Shown here piece after piece: positions 10,258-20,622 of a DNA stretch of 64,000 nt. The stretch lies in assembly GCA_964435195.1 (NCBI GenBank), contig CAYSYT010000003.1, forward strand, positions 554 through 64,553, written 5' to 3'. The notes under the pieces were generated by a model. That model was not told the origin of the DNA and did no database searches. It saw only the letters and a program-made list of their open reading frames with translations. The position numbers and the translations under genes were made by a program. The DNA comes from an uncultured Christensenella sp. Lineage in GTDB: Bacteria > Bacillota > Clostridia > Christensenellales > Borkfalkiaceae. How positions within the stretch are numbered: position 1 is the stretch's first letter; each line of letters starts with the position of its first letter.

Positions 10258-11064
10258 TTAGTCAGAAAGACCGAGGTGTTGTGAAACGAGAGCGTTAATA
10301 CCGTCTGAACCAAGTTCCGTAAGAACTTCGTTTATAGCGTTAAGCAATTCGGTATTTCCTTTTGTAACGCAAATAGCATATTGTTCTTCGGTTGCGGTAT
10401 CTACATCGTAATAAAGAGCGTAACATACGTAACCGCTGTTGCTATTGCAAATATATTCTGCGGGAAGTTTATCAACGATAACTATATCTATTTGATTTGC
10501 ACCTATCGCGTCTACTGCAAGTTGGGCATTATCATAAGGTGTAACAGAACCCTTAGTATCTTTAAGTTCTCCTTTTTCGATTTCGTCCGAAGCATAAATA
10601 TGCCCCGTCGTATCGCGTTGCACACCGATTTTTTTATTCATAAGGTCAGACCAGAAAACGCAAGTCGTTCCGTCTGTCGCACTCTTCGTTACGATTGAAT
10701 CGGTTGCTTTTACTATTACGTACTGTACGGAAGTATAATAAGGATTCGAGAATGCTACTTTTTCAGAACGTGCTTCGGTAATAGTAATACCCGCCGCACC
10801 GCAATCATACTTTTTACCGCTTGATACGTTATCTATAATAACGTCAAAATCGGTATTTTCAAAAACGACTTTCTTGTCGAGTTTTTTGCCGACTTTGTTC
10901 ATAATATCAACGTCAACACCTACGATTTCAGAACCTTTATAATATTCAAACGGTGCGAAAAACGCGTTAGTATCAACGTAAATAGCATCGTTACCGCAAG
11001 CGGTAAACCCTACGCAAGCAACACACATAAGCATTGCAAGAATTAAAGTGATAATCTTTTTCAT
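10258..11064 (-). CDS. amino-acid ABC transporter substrate-binding lipoprotein
   Basis: The MKKIITLILAMLMCVACVGFTACG signal has a lipobox, followed by an SBP_bac_3-like body. The start is set at ATG 11064, preceded by a GGAG RBS. Confidence 0.88.
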   Translation of the reverse strand: MKKIITLILAMLMCVACVGFTACGNDAIYVDTNAFFAPFEYYKGSEIVGVDVDIMNKVGKKLDKKVVFENTDFDVIIDNVSSGKKYDCGAAGITITEARSEKVAFSNPYYTSVQYVIVKATDSIVTKSATDGTTCVFWSDLMNKKIGVQRDTTGHIYASDEIEKGELKDTKGSVTPYDNAQLAVDAIGANQIDIVIVDKLPAEYICNSNSGYVCYALYYDVDTATEEQYAICVTKGNTELLNAINEVLTELGSDGINALVSQHLGLSD

Positions 11065-11158
11065 GTTTTTCTCCTTCTTGTAAGGGGTTATCTCATTTGC
11101 CAAGGCAAATGAGAAGGGTATACCCTTAAAATTTTTTTCTTTTTTTTAATTTACCGTT

Positions 11159-11187
11159 ATTATAGTACCTTAATGTTTTTTTGTCAA
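11159..11187 (-). promoter_or_regulatory. sigma-A type promoter for the ABC transporter operon
   Basis: The minus strand reads TTGACA, a 17-nt spacer, then TATAAT, so both hexamers are consensus. Confidence 0.6.
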
Positions 11188-11257
11188 ACGAATTTTCACC
11201 GCTTTCAAGTTTTTATTCAATTTTCTTATAAAATATGAATAATTTTATGAATAAAAG

Positions 11258-11287
11258 TAAAAAATCGCCCGTATAGGGCGATTTTTT
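11258..11287 (-). terminator. intrinsic terminator after the ferritin-like gene
   Basis: Hairpin atcgccc-guau-agggcgau flanked by A and T runs, so it looks bidirectional. Confidence 0.6.
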
Positions 11288-12535
11288 TCACACACCTTTC
11301 TTTCGTCCGAGTTCGGTGTTGTCGCTTTTTCTGTTTTGCAAAATTTTTTCGGGGTTCGGTTTGTCTTCGTAACGGTAATCTTCGCCGTGTTTTTTTATAT
11401 AACTCTCTATAACGTTATGCGACGCAACCTGACCTATACTTGAATTTACCTGACGTTGATATTTGAAAAAATCCGAGCCGTCGGGAATATCGTCAATCGG
11501 TAAAGTTATTTCTTTACAACCCGTTAAACGAACGCTTTTCATCACGCCGCGAACGTATTCTTTATTGCTTTTTAATTTCAACAACGACGGAAATTCCGCG
11601 CCGCCGACGAACAGTTGTTCCCATTCTCTACCCTCGTATTTATAAAGCATTTCCGCGGCTATTTTCAAATGCGTCAATTCTTCTTCGAAATGAGAAAACC
11701 AAATTTTTTTAATTTGCGGATGAGTTTCGTCCATATAACACGAATAATACAGATAACATTCGGTGTATTCGTGCATAACCCAACTTTCAAACCAAGAACT
11801 CGAAGGGTCCGTAAGCGAACCGTAACCCGTAACGTGCTGTTCTTCTATCATTGCGATTTCGTTATACAATTTTCTGCCCGCGTCCGAATGATAAAATCCG
11901 CCCACGTTCATATAAAAATTCATCGTTTGTTGCTCCGCCGCCGTTATTATCGCCGTATGCAGTCTGGTAAGCAAACCGTCTTGCCAACAATTTATATATC
12001 TGCGAACGTCGTCGTCGGGGTGGCGGTGTTCGGAAACAGTCGGTCTTCCGGGCATAATTTCCGTATATCCTCCGACCAACCTTTCGGCGTGAATTCCTTG
12101 TTCCGCATCTAAAAGGTCGGCGTATCTGTACAAATGGTCGAAATCTTCCAAAAGCGCAAAATCGAGTTGAGCCTTAACGAAAAGATTTTTTTCTTTTTGC
12201 GCCATTTCGGCGGTAAGGTCTACGGCAAGTTGTTCGTAACCTATGGTAGTTTCCAAAATAGTTTCGTCAATAGGTTTTAACGCCGATATGCGTTTTTGTT
12301 GCTGTTGTTCCTGCCGCCTTACTCCCGCAATTACTCTGCGCACGTCGTTATTCAAGCAATGACGGTTAAATTGATGCAAGAACCAGTTTGACTCGAATTC
12401 CGTGCCGTTCATAAGAATAACGCGCGTTTTCGTATACGGACTTGCAGTATTCTTATCGTAGGCTTGCGGACTCAACGCTTGCCAGTTTGCATAGGTAATT
12501 TTACCGCTAACGGGTAACTCTTGAAATGGATTCAT
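11288..12535 (-). CDS. tandem ferritin-like / di-iron-carboxylate-like domain protein, function unknown
   Basis: ExxH-type motifs (IEEQHV, EEELTHL) and long helical segments. The start is set at MNPFQ (ATG 12535), preceded by an AAGGAG RBS. Confidence 0.55.
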   Translation of the reverse strand: MNPFQELPVSGKITYANWQALSPQAYDKNTASPYTKTRVILMNGTEFESNWFLHQFNRHCLNNDVRRVIAGVRRQEQQQQKRISALKPIDETILETTIGYEQLAVDLTAEMAQKEKNLFVKAQLDFALLEDFDHLYRYADLLDAEQGIHAERLVGGYTEIMPGRPTVSEHRHPDDDVRRYINCWQDGLLTRLHTAIITAAEQQTMNFYMNVGGFYHSDAGRKLYNEIAMIEEQHVTGYGSLTDPSSSWFESWVMHEYTECYLYYSCYMDETHPQIKKIWFSHFEEELTHLKIAAEMLYKYEGREWEQLFVGGAEFPSLLKLKSNKEYVRGVMKSVRLTGCKEITLPIDDIPDGSDFFKYQRQVNSSIGQVASHNVIESYIKKHGEDYRYEDKPNPEKILQNRKSDNTELGRKKGV

Positions 12536-12589
12536 ATAATTCTCCTTTACTTTTTTCAAGTATTATTCCCGTTCGCAATTTTTTAATAC

Positions 12590-12618
12590 GAAAAAATCCG
12601 CCTTTTAAAAAGCGGATT
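12590..12618 (-). terminator. intrinsic terminator after the VanZ-like gene
   Basis: The minus-strand RNA reads aauccgc-loop-gcggauu followed by UUUUCG. Confidence 0.5.
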
Positions 12619-12649
12619 GATAAAATTATAAGTCGTACGCACGAAACAG

Positions 12650-13201
12650 TTAAGTCCGTCCGTTATAAGTATCGTTAAAATTTTGTTCTTCCAAGTCCTC
12701 TCGTATAAGCATCGGTGTGTTCTTTTTTCTTCTCCGTTTTATCAAAAACAAGACGAAAGCCGAAACGAGCACCGCAAAAGTAAACCCCGAAAAATCTATG
12801 GCAACGTCTGTTAAAGAAGCTACCCTATCCGAAAAAGATTGTATAAATTCGTCGATTAACGCCACCGTCAGCCCCACGCAAAGCATTTCGGGAATTCTGC
12901 CAAAACGGTAACGGGAAATTAAAACGTATAATACGAAAACTTCTACCCCCAAAACGGCGAACTCCGTACCGTGCGCCATCTTGCGAAACACGAACGGCGT
13001 TATAACCGTTTTTATACTGTCTTTACCCGATTCCCCAACAACGCCGCCCACGACTTCCATCGTAGAATCGTAAACGGTATCCGATTCTTTCTTAGATAGG
13101 CTTCCGTTAAGTAACGAATTAGTCCAAATAAAACCGAGCGTCAAAAAAATCAATATACATACCGTGATAATTCCCGCTTTGCGTTTTTTTGATATTTCCA
13201 T
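12650..13201 (-). CDS. VanZ-like family membrane protein
   Basis: 183 aa with 4 TM segments and the VanZ-like motif KMAHGTEFAVLG...LIDEFIQSFS. Confidence 0.7.
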   Translation of the reverse strand: MEISKKRKAGIITVCILIFLTLGFIWTNSLLNGSLSKKESDTVYDSTMEVVGGVVGESGKDSIKTVITPFVFRKMAHGTEFAVLGVEVFVLYVLISRYRFGRIPEMLCVGLTVALIDEFIQSFSDRVASLTDVAIDFSGFTFAVLVSAFVLFLIKRRRKKNTPMLIREDLEEQNFNDTYNGRT

Positions 13202-13204
13202 CGT

Positions 13205-14707
13205 TTAACCTTTCCTTTTGCTTTCGGTAACTAACGTTAAAATTTTTTTCGCCGTAGACTTTTTAAAATCGGATTTTTCAAACCTGACCGCCCAGTTTTG
13301 TTCCTTTACCGTCCCGGGCTCGTTTATTCTGTACTCCGTGCCCATAAACAATATATCTTGCATAGGTATTATAAACGCGTTCGCCCTGCTGAAAAATCCC
13401 AACTTGATTACAGCGCTCGCCAACGAACGGTTATCGGATATTTTTTGTTTTATTTTCTGAATAGAAAGGCTGTTATTTACCCCGTTAACCAAATTTTTAT
13501 AATCCCACTCCGACGCGTTTTCTATAAGTCCCGTAAGAGTATCGTTATCGTGCGTACCCGTATAGCAAACGCAATTTTCCCGAATATTTTGCGGTAAATA
13601 AAGATTATCGGATTCTCCGTTAAATGCAAACGAAAGTATTTTCATTCCGGGATACCCCGTATATCTCAACAATTCCCTTACGCCGTCGTCTATAATACCC
13701 AAATCCTCGGCGACTATTCTGCCGTTTCCGACGCTTTTGCGTATGGCGTCGAAAAGTTCTACGCTCGGAACTTTCACCCATTCGCCTCTCGTGGCGTCTT
13801 CGGCGTATGCCGGAATTTCATAATATCTGTCTAACCCGCGGAAATGGTCTATTCTGACGTAGTCGTACGTTTTAAGGGCGGATTTAAGTCTATTCGTCCA
13901 CCAAGAAAAACACTCTTCTTTATGCGATTGATAATCGTAAACGGGGTTGCCCCACAATTGTCCCTTTTGGCAAAAGTAATCCGGCGGAACTCCCGCGACG
14001 CAAGTCGGCGTAAGATTTTCGTCGAGTTTGTAAATGCTTGGATTTTCCCAAACGTCAACGCTGTCTTTCGCAACGTAAAGCGGCATATCGCCCATTATTT
14101 TTATACCTCTTGCGTTAGCATATTTTTTTAACGAAAACCATTGTTTTTTCGCCTGAAACTGTACGAACTGCCAAAATAAAATTTCGTATTTGTTTTCTTT
14201 TTCGAAGTTTTTTAAAACGGCTGAGTCTTTGTACTTAAATCCGTCTTCCCACTCGTAAAAAGGCTTATAATCGAATTTTTCTTTTATCGCCATAAAAAGC
14301 GAATATCCGTAAAATTCTCTGCTTTTTACAAATTTTTTAAAATCGGAATTTTCAATATCGAAACGGGAAAACGCTTTCCTCAAAACCGAATAACAGTTAA
14401 AATAAACTTTACCGTAATCTATATAACCGCCGCCGTTCGTTTCGACGGGTAAATCCGATTCGGTAACCAACTTTTCTTTTTTTAATAAATCGAACCCTAT
14501 AAAAAAAGGATTATACGATTTCGAAGCAACCGAAGAATACGGAGAATTACCGTAACCCGTTTGAACGAGCGGTAAAATCTGCCATATTTTACACCCCGAT
14601 TCCGCCAAAAAATCAACAAAATCATAACTTTCTTTTCCAAATCCGCCGATTCCGTACCTGTTCGGCAACGAAAAAATCGGCATAAGCACACCGCAACACC
14701 TTTTCAT
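13205..14707 (-). CDS. malQ: 4-alpha-glucanotransferase (amylomaltase, GH77)
   Basis: 500 aa. The N-terminus GVLMPIFSLPNRYGIGGFG...WQILPL and the body are typical of MalQ. Confidence 0.92.
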   Translation of the reverse strand: MKRCCGVLMPIFSLPNRYGIGGFGKESYDFVDFLAESGCKIWQILPLVQTGYGNSPYSSVASKSYNPFFIGFDLLKKEKLVTESDLPVETNGGGYIDYGKVYFNCYSVLRKAFSRFDIENSDFKKFVKSREFYGYSLFMAIKEKFDYKPFYEWEDGFKYKDSAVLKNFEKENKYEILFWQFVQFQAKKQWFSLKKYANARGIKIMGDMPLYVAKDSVDVWENPSIYKLDENLTPTCVAGVPPDYFCQKGQLWGNPVYDYQSHKEECFSWWTNRLKSALKTYDYVRIDHFRGLDRYYEIPAYAEDATRGEWVKVPSVELFDAIRKSVGNGRIVAEDLGIIDDGVRELLRYTGYPGMKILSFAFNGESDNLYLPQNIRENCVCYTGTHDNDTLTGLIENASEWDYKNLVNGVNNSLSIQKIKQKISDNRSLASAVIKLGFFSRANAFIIPMQDILFMGTEYRINEPGTVKEQNWAVRFEKSDFKKSTAKKILTLVTESKRKG

Positions 14708-14728
14708 TTGACTATAAATTCTTCCCTT

Positions 14729-15568
14729 TTAGTTATTTGTCGACGTTTCAGAATCGAATTCCTCCGCAAAATAAGTTTTTTCCAAACTTTCGGTAGGTAT
14801 TTTTAAGCATACCGCCGTCATATAAATCGCAACGACGATGCCGAGTAACGCAGTTATGACGACGGTAACGAAATCCCATTGATTCCCGACCGCCACGTAA
14901 GAAAGCGCAAGCCCCCCTACATCGTATACGGAGTGAAGCGTAGCCGCCACGAATAAATTTTTCGTTGCCGCCGTAGATATCGCGCACATCGCGCCTATCA
15001 AAAACGAATAGCCGACTTGCAACGCGGTCGCGCCAATCCCCGCGCCGGCAAAAACGTTTATCAAATGCGATGCGCCGAAAACGGCGGACGACAGCGCGAC
15101 AGCCCAAAACACCCCGTATTTACCTTTTTTAACTACTCGGTAACACAACGGAAAAACAAGCCCTCGAAAAACGAATTCTTCGTAAAATCCGACCGACGCG
15201 CAAAAAATAACGTAAAGCACGAGTTGAACGGCATCCGCTTGAAAAGTAACGTTTCCGTAACACACGCCGATTATCGGAAAATTGTTTACGGCAACGGCAA
15301 GCGACGGAACGACGACGAGCAAAGCCAAACCAGACGGCTTGGTTTTCAACGCTTTTTCAAAACCGTATTTAAATATAAAATAAGCAGCGATAACGGTCAA
15401 AACCGCTCTGACCGTTATTCCCGAAACGAGTTTAGCCGTCAACGTATCGTCGATAAACAATCCGAAAAGTTTATCTAACGGCAACGATGCGCCCCCGACG
15501 GCAAACAGCGTAATAATAATTATATGTGATATAGGCGTTTTAACGGCATCCTTGCGTAATGCGTTCAT
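14729..15568 (-). CDS. CPBP family intramembrane glutamic endopeptidase
   Basis: Multi-TM protein with the EEFVFRG motif and a downstream His motif. The start ATG at 15568 overlaps the stop of the upstream SDR gene (ATGA). Confidence 0.8.
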   Translation of the reverse strand: MNALRKDAVKTPISHIIIITLFAVGGASLPLDKLFGLFIDDTLTAKLVSGITVRAVLTVIAAYFIFKYGFEKALKTKPSGLALLVVVPSLAVAVNNFPIIGVCYGNVTFQADAVQLVLYVIFCASVGFYEEFVFRGLVFPLCYRVVKKGKYGVFWAVALSSAVFGASHLINVFAGAGIGATALQVGYSFLIGAMCAISTAATKNLFVAATLHSVYDVGGLALSYVAVGNQWDFVTVVITALLGIVVAIYMTAVCLKIPTESLEKTYFAEEFDSETSTNN

Positions 15569-16302
15569 AGAATAAAACCGCCGTCGCAAGTTATCGACTG
15601 TCCCGTAATAAAATCCGCTTTTTCGCAAGACAAAAAATAAATCAGTTCGGCAATTTCTCTCGGCGCACCGAGTCTGCCGAGCGGCGTCGCGTCGAAAACT
15701 GCGGCAAATTCGCTTTCGGATAACCTTGCATTCATTTTAGTATCTATTACCCCGGGACAAACGCAGTTTACGTTTATATTCGACGGTGCGACCTCTTTCG
15801 CAAGGGCTTTCGTAAAACCTATAATAGCGGATTTTACGGTAGAATACGCCACTTCCATACTTGCACCGACAACACCCCAAACGGAAGAAACGTTTACGAT
15901 TTTGCCTTTTTTGCGTTCTATCATTTTATCCAAGCACAACCGCGACAGTTTTACTGCGGATTTTAAATTTACGTTTATTTGGTCTTCCCATTCGCCGTCG
16001 GTAGTTTCGGTAAAAAGTTTATAAAGTCCGACGCCCGCGTTGTTTACGAGTACGTCTACGTGCCCGAAATTTTTTATCACGTCGGAAAACAAATTTTCAA
16101 CGCCGTTTTCCGAACGGAAATCGCTTTTTACCGCAAAAAAATAATCGGACTTTCCCGTTTCCGAAAGACTTTTTTCGAGTTCTCTTATACCCGCCGTATC
16201 GTTATTGAATTGTCCTGCGACGAAATAACCGTTTTCGATAAAAATTTTTACCGTTTCTTTTCCGATACCACCGCTTGCGCCGGTAATCAAAGCCGTTTTC
16301 AA
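15565..16302 (-). CDS. SDR family oxidoreductase (FabG-like)
   Basis: TGASGGIGK cofactor motif and the catalytic YSTVK (YxxxK). The likely start is TTG at 16302, 8 nt after a GGAG. The ORF track extends the ORF to 16335. Confidence 0.82.
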   Translation of the reverse strand: MKTALITGASGGIGKETVKIFIENGYFVAGQFNNDTAGIRELEKSLSETGKSDYFFAVKSDFRSENGVENLFSDVIKNFGHVDVLVNNAGVGLYKLFTETTDGEWEDQINVNLKSAVKLSRLCLDKMIERKKGKIVNVSSVWGVVGASMEVAYSTVKSAIIGFTKALAKEVAPSNINVNCVCPGVIDTKMNARLSESEFAAVFDATPLGRLGAPREIAELIYFLSCEKADFITGQSITCDGGFIL

Positions 16303-16366
16303 AATATTTTCTCCGTTACAATAAGACACCCGCAAGAAAAATTGCGGGCATCAGTACGTTTATATT

Positions 16367-16927
16367 TTAGCCTTTTACACGTTCCATATATTCGCCGGTT
16401 CTGGTATCTACCCTGATAAGTTCACCTTCTTCGACGAACATAGGCACTTGAATTCTCGTACCCGTTTCGAGAACGGCTTCCTTGGTAGCGTTGGTCGCGG
16501 TATTGCCTTTTACCGAGGGGTCAGCCTGCGTTACGCGCAAAACCACGAAGTTTTCGCATTCGACCGAGAACGCGACGCCTTTGTACGACCTTACGATAAC
16601 GGGGTCGTTTTCTTTAATATACTTCAAAGCGTCTTCGACTTGGTCGTAGTTCAGCGGAACGAGGTTGTATTCTTGGTCCATAAAATAATACAATTCGCCG
16701 TCGTTGTAAGAATACGTCATATTCTTGTTTTCAATGGTAGCCTCCTGAACCTTTTCGGTGGGGTTCCAAGTTTTTTCCAAAACCGCACCGGTTACTACGT
16801 TTTTCATCTTCGTTCTTACGAACGCCGCGCCCTTACCGGGTTTTACGTGTTGAAAATCAACGATGGTATAAATACCGCTTTCGTATTCGAACGTTACGCC
16901 TTTTCTAAAATCGCCTGCTGATATCAT
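16367..16927 (-). CDS. efp: elongation factor P
   Basis: 186 aa with the conserved [15 protein letters not shown] loop. Confidence 0.96.
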   Translation of the reverse strand: MISAGDFRKGVTFEYESGIYTIVDFQHVKPGKGAAFVRTKMKNVVTGAVLEKTWNPTEKVQEATIENKNMTYSYNDGELYYFMDQEYNLVPLNYDQVEDALKYIKENDPVIVRSYKGVAFSVECENFVVLRVTQADPSVKGNTATNATKEAVLETGTRIQVPMFVEEGELIRVDTRTGEYMERVKG

Positions 16928-16962
16928 TGTGTTTTTCTCCTTGATAATGTTTTTTATTTTTA

Positions 16963-18018
16963 TTAAATGCCTAAAACGACAAGTTCTTTCGAATCGGTAA
17001 ACAATCTTTGAGTTTCTCCGTTTTTAATCACGGCGGTATCTTCGATTCTGACACCGAATTCGCCGTCAAAATATACGCCGGGTTCAACGGTAAAAACGGT
17101 GTTCTCGGTTAGCGTGCCCTCTCTTTTATCGGAAAGTATCGGAGATTCGTGAATTTCGAGCCCTAAACCGTGCCCCAAAGAATGTGTAAAATATTCTGCA
17201 AAACCGTAATCTTTTAATACGCCGACGGCATAGCCGAACGCTTGCTTTAACGTAGTATCGGTTTTTATGTTCTCTTCCGCAAATTCGTTTGCTTTAAGCA
17301 CTGCGGAATACGCTTTTATAAATTTTTCGTCGGGATTGCCGAAAAAAAACGTTCTCGTAATATCCGAACAATATCCGTTTACCGTACAACCCGCGTCAAT
17401 CAAAACAGCCATTCCGTAATCCAAAACGGTATTACCCGTTTCGTGATGAGGTACGGCGGAATTTTTACCGAAAGCCACAATCGTATCGAAAGCAATACCT
17501 TCGCCGCCGAACTCGACGAACAAATCTTCCAACTTGCTTTTTATTTGAAGTTCGGTAACACCCTTTACGATATAACGTTTAATTTCCGAAAAGGCTTTTT
17601 GCGTTATTCTGCAAGCCTTCTCTATAAATAAAAGTTCTTCTTGCGTTTTAACGCTACGTACCGCGCGCAAACGTTCCGTGCCGTCAGAAAATTTAACTCT
17701 TAACTTTTTGTATTCGTCGTATTCCGTAAGAGTGGTATGTTCGTAATCCAAGAAAATACGTTTTATTTTCAATCTTTTAACTTCTTCCGCTATCGATTGA
17801 AGCCCTTTATAACACACGACCGAAACGCCCGTCCCCGCCAACTTTTCCTTTACGGCGTAAAAATATCTCGAATCCGCAAAATAAACCGTGGCGTCGGAAG
17901 TCAGCAATACCGTACCTTCCGCAACGTCTACACCCGAAAAGTAACGCCTGTAATATCTGTCGGTCAACAAAAAGCCGCTGTTTTTATTTTTTACGAGTTC
18001 AGCATTTTTGAAATTCAT
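16963..18018 (-). CDS. M24 family Xaa-Pro aminopeptidase
   Basis: 351 aa; creatinase-like N-domain plus a pita-bread domain with [13 protein letters not shown]. Confidence 0.88.
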   Translation of the reverse strand: MNFKNAELVKNKNSGFLLTDRYYRRYFSGVDVAEGTVLLTSDATVYFADSRYFYAVKEKLAGTGVSVVCYKGLQSIAEEVKRLKIKRIFLDYEHTTLTEYDEYKKLRVKFSDGTERLRAVRSVKTQEELLFIEKACRITQKAFSEIKRYIVKGVTELQIKSKLEDLFVEFGGEGIAFDTIVAFGKNSAVPHHETGNTVLDYGMAVLIDAGCTVNGYCSDITRTFFFGNPDEKFIKAYSAVLKANEFAEENIKTDTTLKQAFGYAVGVLKDYGFAEYFTHSLGHGLGLEIHESPILSDKREGTLTENTVFTVEPGVYFDGEFGVRIEDTAVIKNGETQRLFTDSKELVVLGI

Positions 18019-18052
18019 ACGAATAATATTTTACCAAAAAAACGCAAGCAAG

Positions 18053-18898
18053 TCAATTATTACGATATATTTGTTGCATTTTTACGGCGTCATCGTCCTG
18101 CGTGCCCGCAGACTCGCATATAATTACGGGTTCTAACCTCAATTTTTTCAACGCACTCGCAAGCGGTTGGAATTCCGGCCCGTAAACCGTATCTTCAAAA
18201 GTAAGATGTCTGACCTCTCCTTTTGCGGAATATTCTATCTTTGAAAAATGAACGTGGAAATGCTTCATTTTTTCAAAACCGAGGTTATCAATCATATAAT
18301 TTAATCTATCCGAATAATCTTTTTCGGTTTTTAAGCTTCCGCACTCTCTTGCGTTAACGTGCCCGAAATCTACGGTAGGAATATAAATTTCGTCTATTTT
18401 GCAAAATTCGGTTATTTCCTCTACCGTCCCTATCTGTCCTGCCTTACCCATGGTTTCGGGACAAAATAAAACGTCTTCTAAATTTTGCTCGTAAATTTTA
18501 TCGCGAAGAATTTTCAACCGTTCCGTCGTTAGCGCAACTGCGTCTTCTCTTCTCGCTTTACCTTGGCTGGCAGAATGAAAAACAACCCGATTACCGCCCA
18601 TTAAACGCACTTTTTTAGCAGATTGAATTATATATTCGTAAGATTTTTCGGCATTAGCGTCTTCCGGATTCGCAAAATTAACGTAATAAGGTGCGTGAAC
18701 GCTTATTTCAACGCCTGCCTTTTTGAATGACTCACCGATAGACAAAGCCTTTTCGTCGCTTAAATTAACGCCCCTGCCAAACGAATACTCGAAACAATCG
18801 AGTCCCTTTTCCTTTACCCACGTTGCGGAATCCTCGCTTGCCGTAAAACCCGCTTCACGGAAAGCAACGGAGTTTCCGCTCGGTCCGAATTTAATCAT
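18053..18898 (-). CDS. xylose-isomerase-like TIM-barrel protein (endonuclease IV-like family)
   Basis: 281 aa; AP_endonuc_2-like pattern (FGPSGNS..., HAPYYVNFA, HFH..S). Confidence 0.6.
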   Translation of the reverse strand: MIKFGPSGNSVAFREAGFTASEDSATWVKEKGLDCFEYSFGRGVNLSDEKALSIGESFKKAGVEISVHAPYYVNFANPEDANAEKSYEYIIQSAKKVRLMGGNRVVFHSASQGKARREDAVALTTERLKILRDKIYEQNLEDVLFCPETMGKAGQIGTVEEITEFCKIDEIYIPTVDFGHVNARECGSLKTEKDYSDRLNYMIDNLGFEKMKHFHVHFSKIEYSAKGEVRHLTFEDTVYGPEFQPLASALKKLRLEPVIICESAGTQDDDAVKMQQIYRNN

Positions 18899-19778
18899 AA
18901 ATACCGCTCCTTATTTCTTCCAAATCAGATTTTAATCTGCCAACCAAATCGTCGGCGCAATCGAATTTTTTTATTCCGCGCATATACGCGCTGAAAAACA
19001 CCGTAAGCCGCTTGCCGTATAAAGTACCGCTGAAATCAACGATATGCGCTTCTATAAGTTTATCGTCAAGACCGAAAGTCGGACGAGCGCCGTAATTTAT
19101 AATCGCACGGTATTTTTTTTTGCCTATAAAAACCTCGCCCGCATACACACCGTCTTTCAACTGCTTTTTTTCCATGCCTATTTTTATATTTACCGTAGGA
19201 AAACCCAACTTTCTGCCGACTTTTCTGTCTTCGAAAACCGTTCCCGTAACAGAATATTTTCTGCCTAAAAGTTCGTTTGCCGAAACCACGTCCCCGTCCG
19301 TCAACAGTTTTTTTATTTTAGTGGTGGAAATTTTTTCACCGCCGAACGTAACGTCTTTACAAACGGTAACGTCCTGCCCGTGCGATTTTGCGTATTCCCG
19401 CAAAAACCGAACGTCTCCTTCTCCGAATTTACCGAAAGTATAATCGTCCCCGCACGCGTAAGCGGTTATATCGTAAACGGAGTTTATATAATCCAAAAAT
19501 TCCGTTTTGGTCAATGAAAGGAAATCTTCCGACACAGGCGCGAACAGAATTTCTTCCACGCCGAGTTCTTTTAATATAATCCGCCTTTCTTCCGAGTCGT
19601 ATACGACGGTATCGCAAAACCCGAGCGCACGCTTCAAATTTTCAGCAAAAGAAAAAACCGCCAAAGACGACCCCGTCGTCAACGCCTTTTCTTTCGCCGC
19701 GCCTATTACCGCGCGATGACCTTTATGCACGCTGTCGAAAAACCCGAGCGCAATTACGACCTTTTTTTTATCTGACAT
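18891..19778 (-). CDS. ribF: bifunctional riboflavin kinase / FMN adenylyltransferase
   Basis: 295 aa; N-terminus ALGFFDSVHKGH and a C-terminal riboflavin-kinase domain (PTVNI). Confidence 0.92.
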   Translation of the reverse strand: MSDKKKVVIALGFFDSVHKGHRAVIGAAKEKALTTGSSLAVFSFAENLKRALGFCDTVVYDSEERRIILKELGVEEILFAPVSEDFLSLTKTEFLDYINSVYDITAYACGDDYTFGKFGEGDVRFLREYAKSHGQDVTVCKDVTFGGEKISTTKIKKLLTDGDVVSANELLGRKYSVTGTVFEDRKVGRKLGFPTVNIKIGMEKKQLKDGVYAGEVFIGKKKYRAIINYGARPTFGLDDKLIEAHIVDFSGTLYGKRLTVFFSAYMRGIKKFDCADDLVGRLKSDLEEIRSGIYD

Positions 19779-20622
19779 AGGTTACGATTTTCAAAACTCC
19801 CCGTTTAGCCTCTCCTATTCCCCAAAACTCGTCTTCGTTGTATACCCTATATACTCCGTCCGCATAACCGTAATTTTCGAATACTCCGTTTAGAATTTTA
19901 ACGGCGCGGTCGTTAGGCAAAATCAATTTTTCGTACCTCACGACTTCGTCGGCGGGAATAAGATATTTTTCGGGGTTTTCGCACGATTTGAATTCTTCGA
20001 CGCTTATACCGTTGCCGATGTTAAAAACACCGCTTGCGGTCCGTTGTAATTTACTCATTACGCCAAGCGAAGAAACCGCATAGGCTATATCTCTCGCAAG
20101 GGAACGGATATAAGTACCGCCCTTGCAATCTACCTTAAAGGCGAAAGCGTTGTCCGACGTTTGCCCTAACAATTCTATATTGAGAACGGTAACCGTGCGT
20201 GCTTCGAGAACGAAATCCACACCCTTGCGCGCAAGCTGATATCCTCTTTTACCGTCCACGCATTTTGCCGAATATTTCGGCGGTATCTGTTTTATATCTC
20301 CTATAAAATCTTTCAACACCGCTTTTATCTCGTCCGCCTTAGGAATATACGAAGTAACCGCCTCGGTTTTCCCCGTAGCGTCCAAAGTATCGGTCGTATA
20401 ACCGAACGTAAATTCCGCCAAATAAGTTTTTTCTTTATCGAGAAGATACTGAAAAAGTCTTGACGCTTTACCTATACCGACAGGCAAAACGCCCGAAGCC
20501 ATAGGGTCGAGCGTTCCCATATGCCCGCAGGGCATATTAAATTTTTTTTTGACCGCTCCGACGGCATAAGCGGAACTCATACCCTCGGGTTTTAGCAAAT
20601 TTATAAAGCCTTTCATTTTCAA
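19768..20622 (-). CDS. truB: tRNA pseudouridine(55) synthase
   Basis: 284 aa; GTLDPMASG catalytic Asp motif. Confidence 0.93.
   Translation of the reverse strand: MKMKGFINLLKPEGMSSAYAVGAVKKKFNMPCGHMGTLDPMASGVLPVGIGKASRLFQYLLDKEKTYLAEFTFGYTTDTLDATGKTEAVTSYIPKADEIKAVLKDFIGDIKQIPPKYSAKCVDGKRGYQLARKGVDFVLEARTVTVLNIELLGQTSDNAFAFKVDCKGGTYIRSLARDIAYAVSSLGVMSKLQRTASGVFNIGNGISVEEFKSCENPEKYLIPADEVVRYEKLILPNDRAVKILNGVFENYGYADGVYRVYNEDEFWGIGEAKRGVLKIVTYVR

Noticed and set aside
11065-11287. A T-box or riboswitch upstream of the amino-acid ABC transporter.
   Set aside because: The consensus promoter leaves only ~88 nt of leader. That is too short for a T-box, and no specifier or T-box motif, or known riboswitch core, is visible.
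14748-15107. A 119-aa same-strand alternative-frame ORF inside the CPBP protease gene.
   Set aside because: It has an Arg-rich, low-complexity translation and is fully nested in a gene with clear family motifs.
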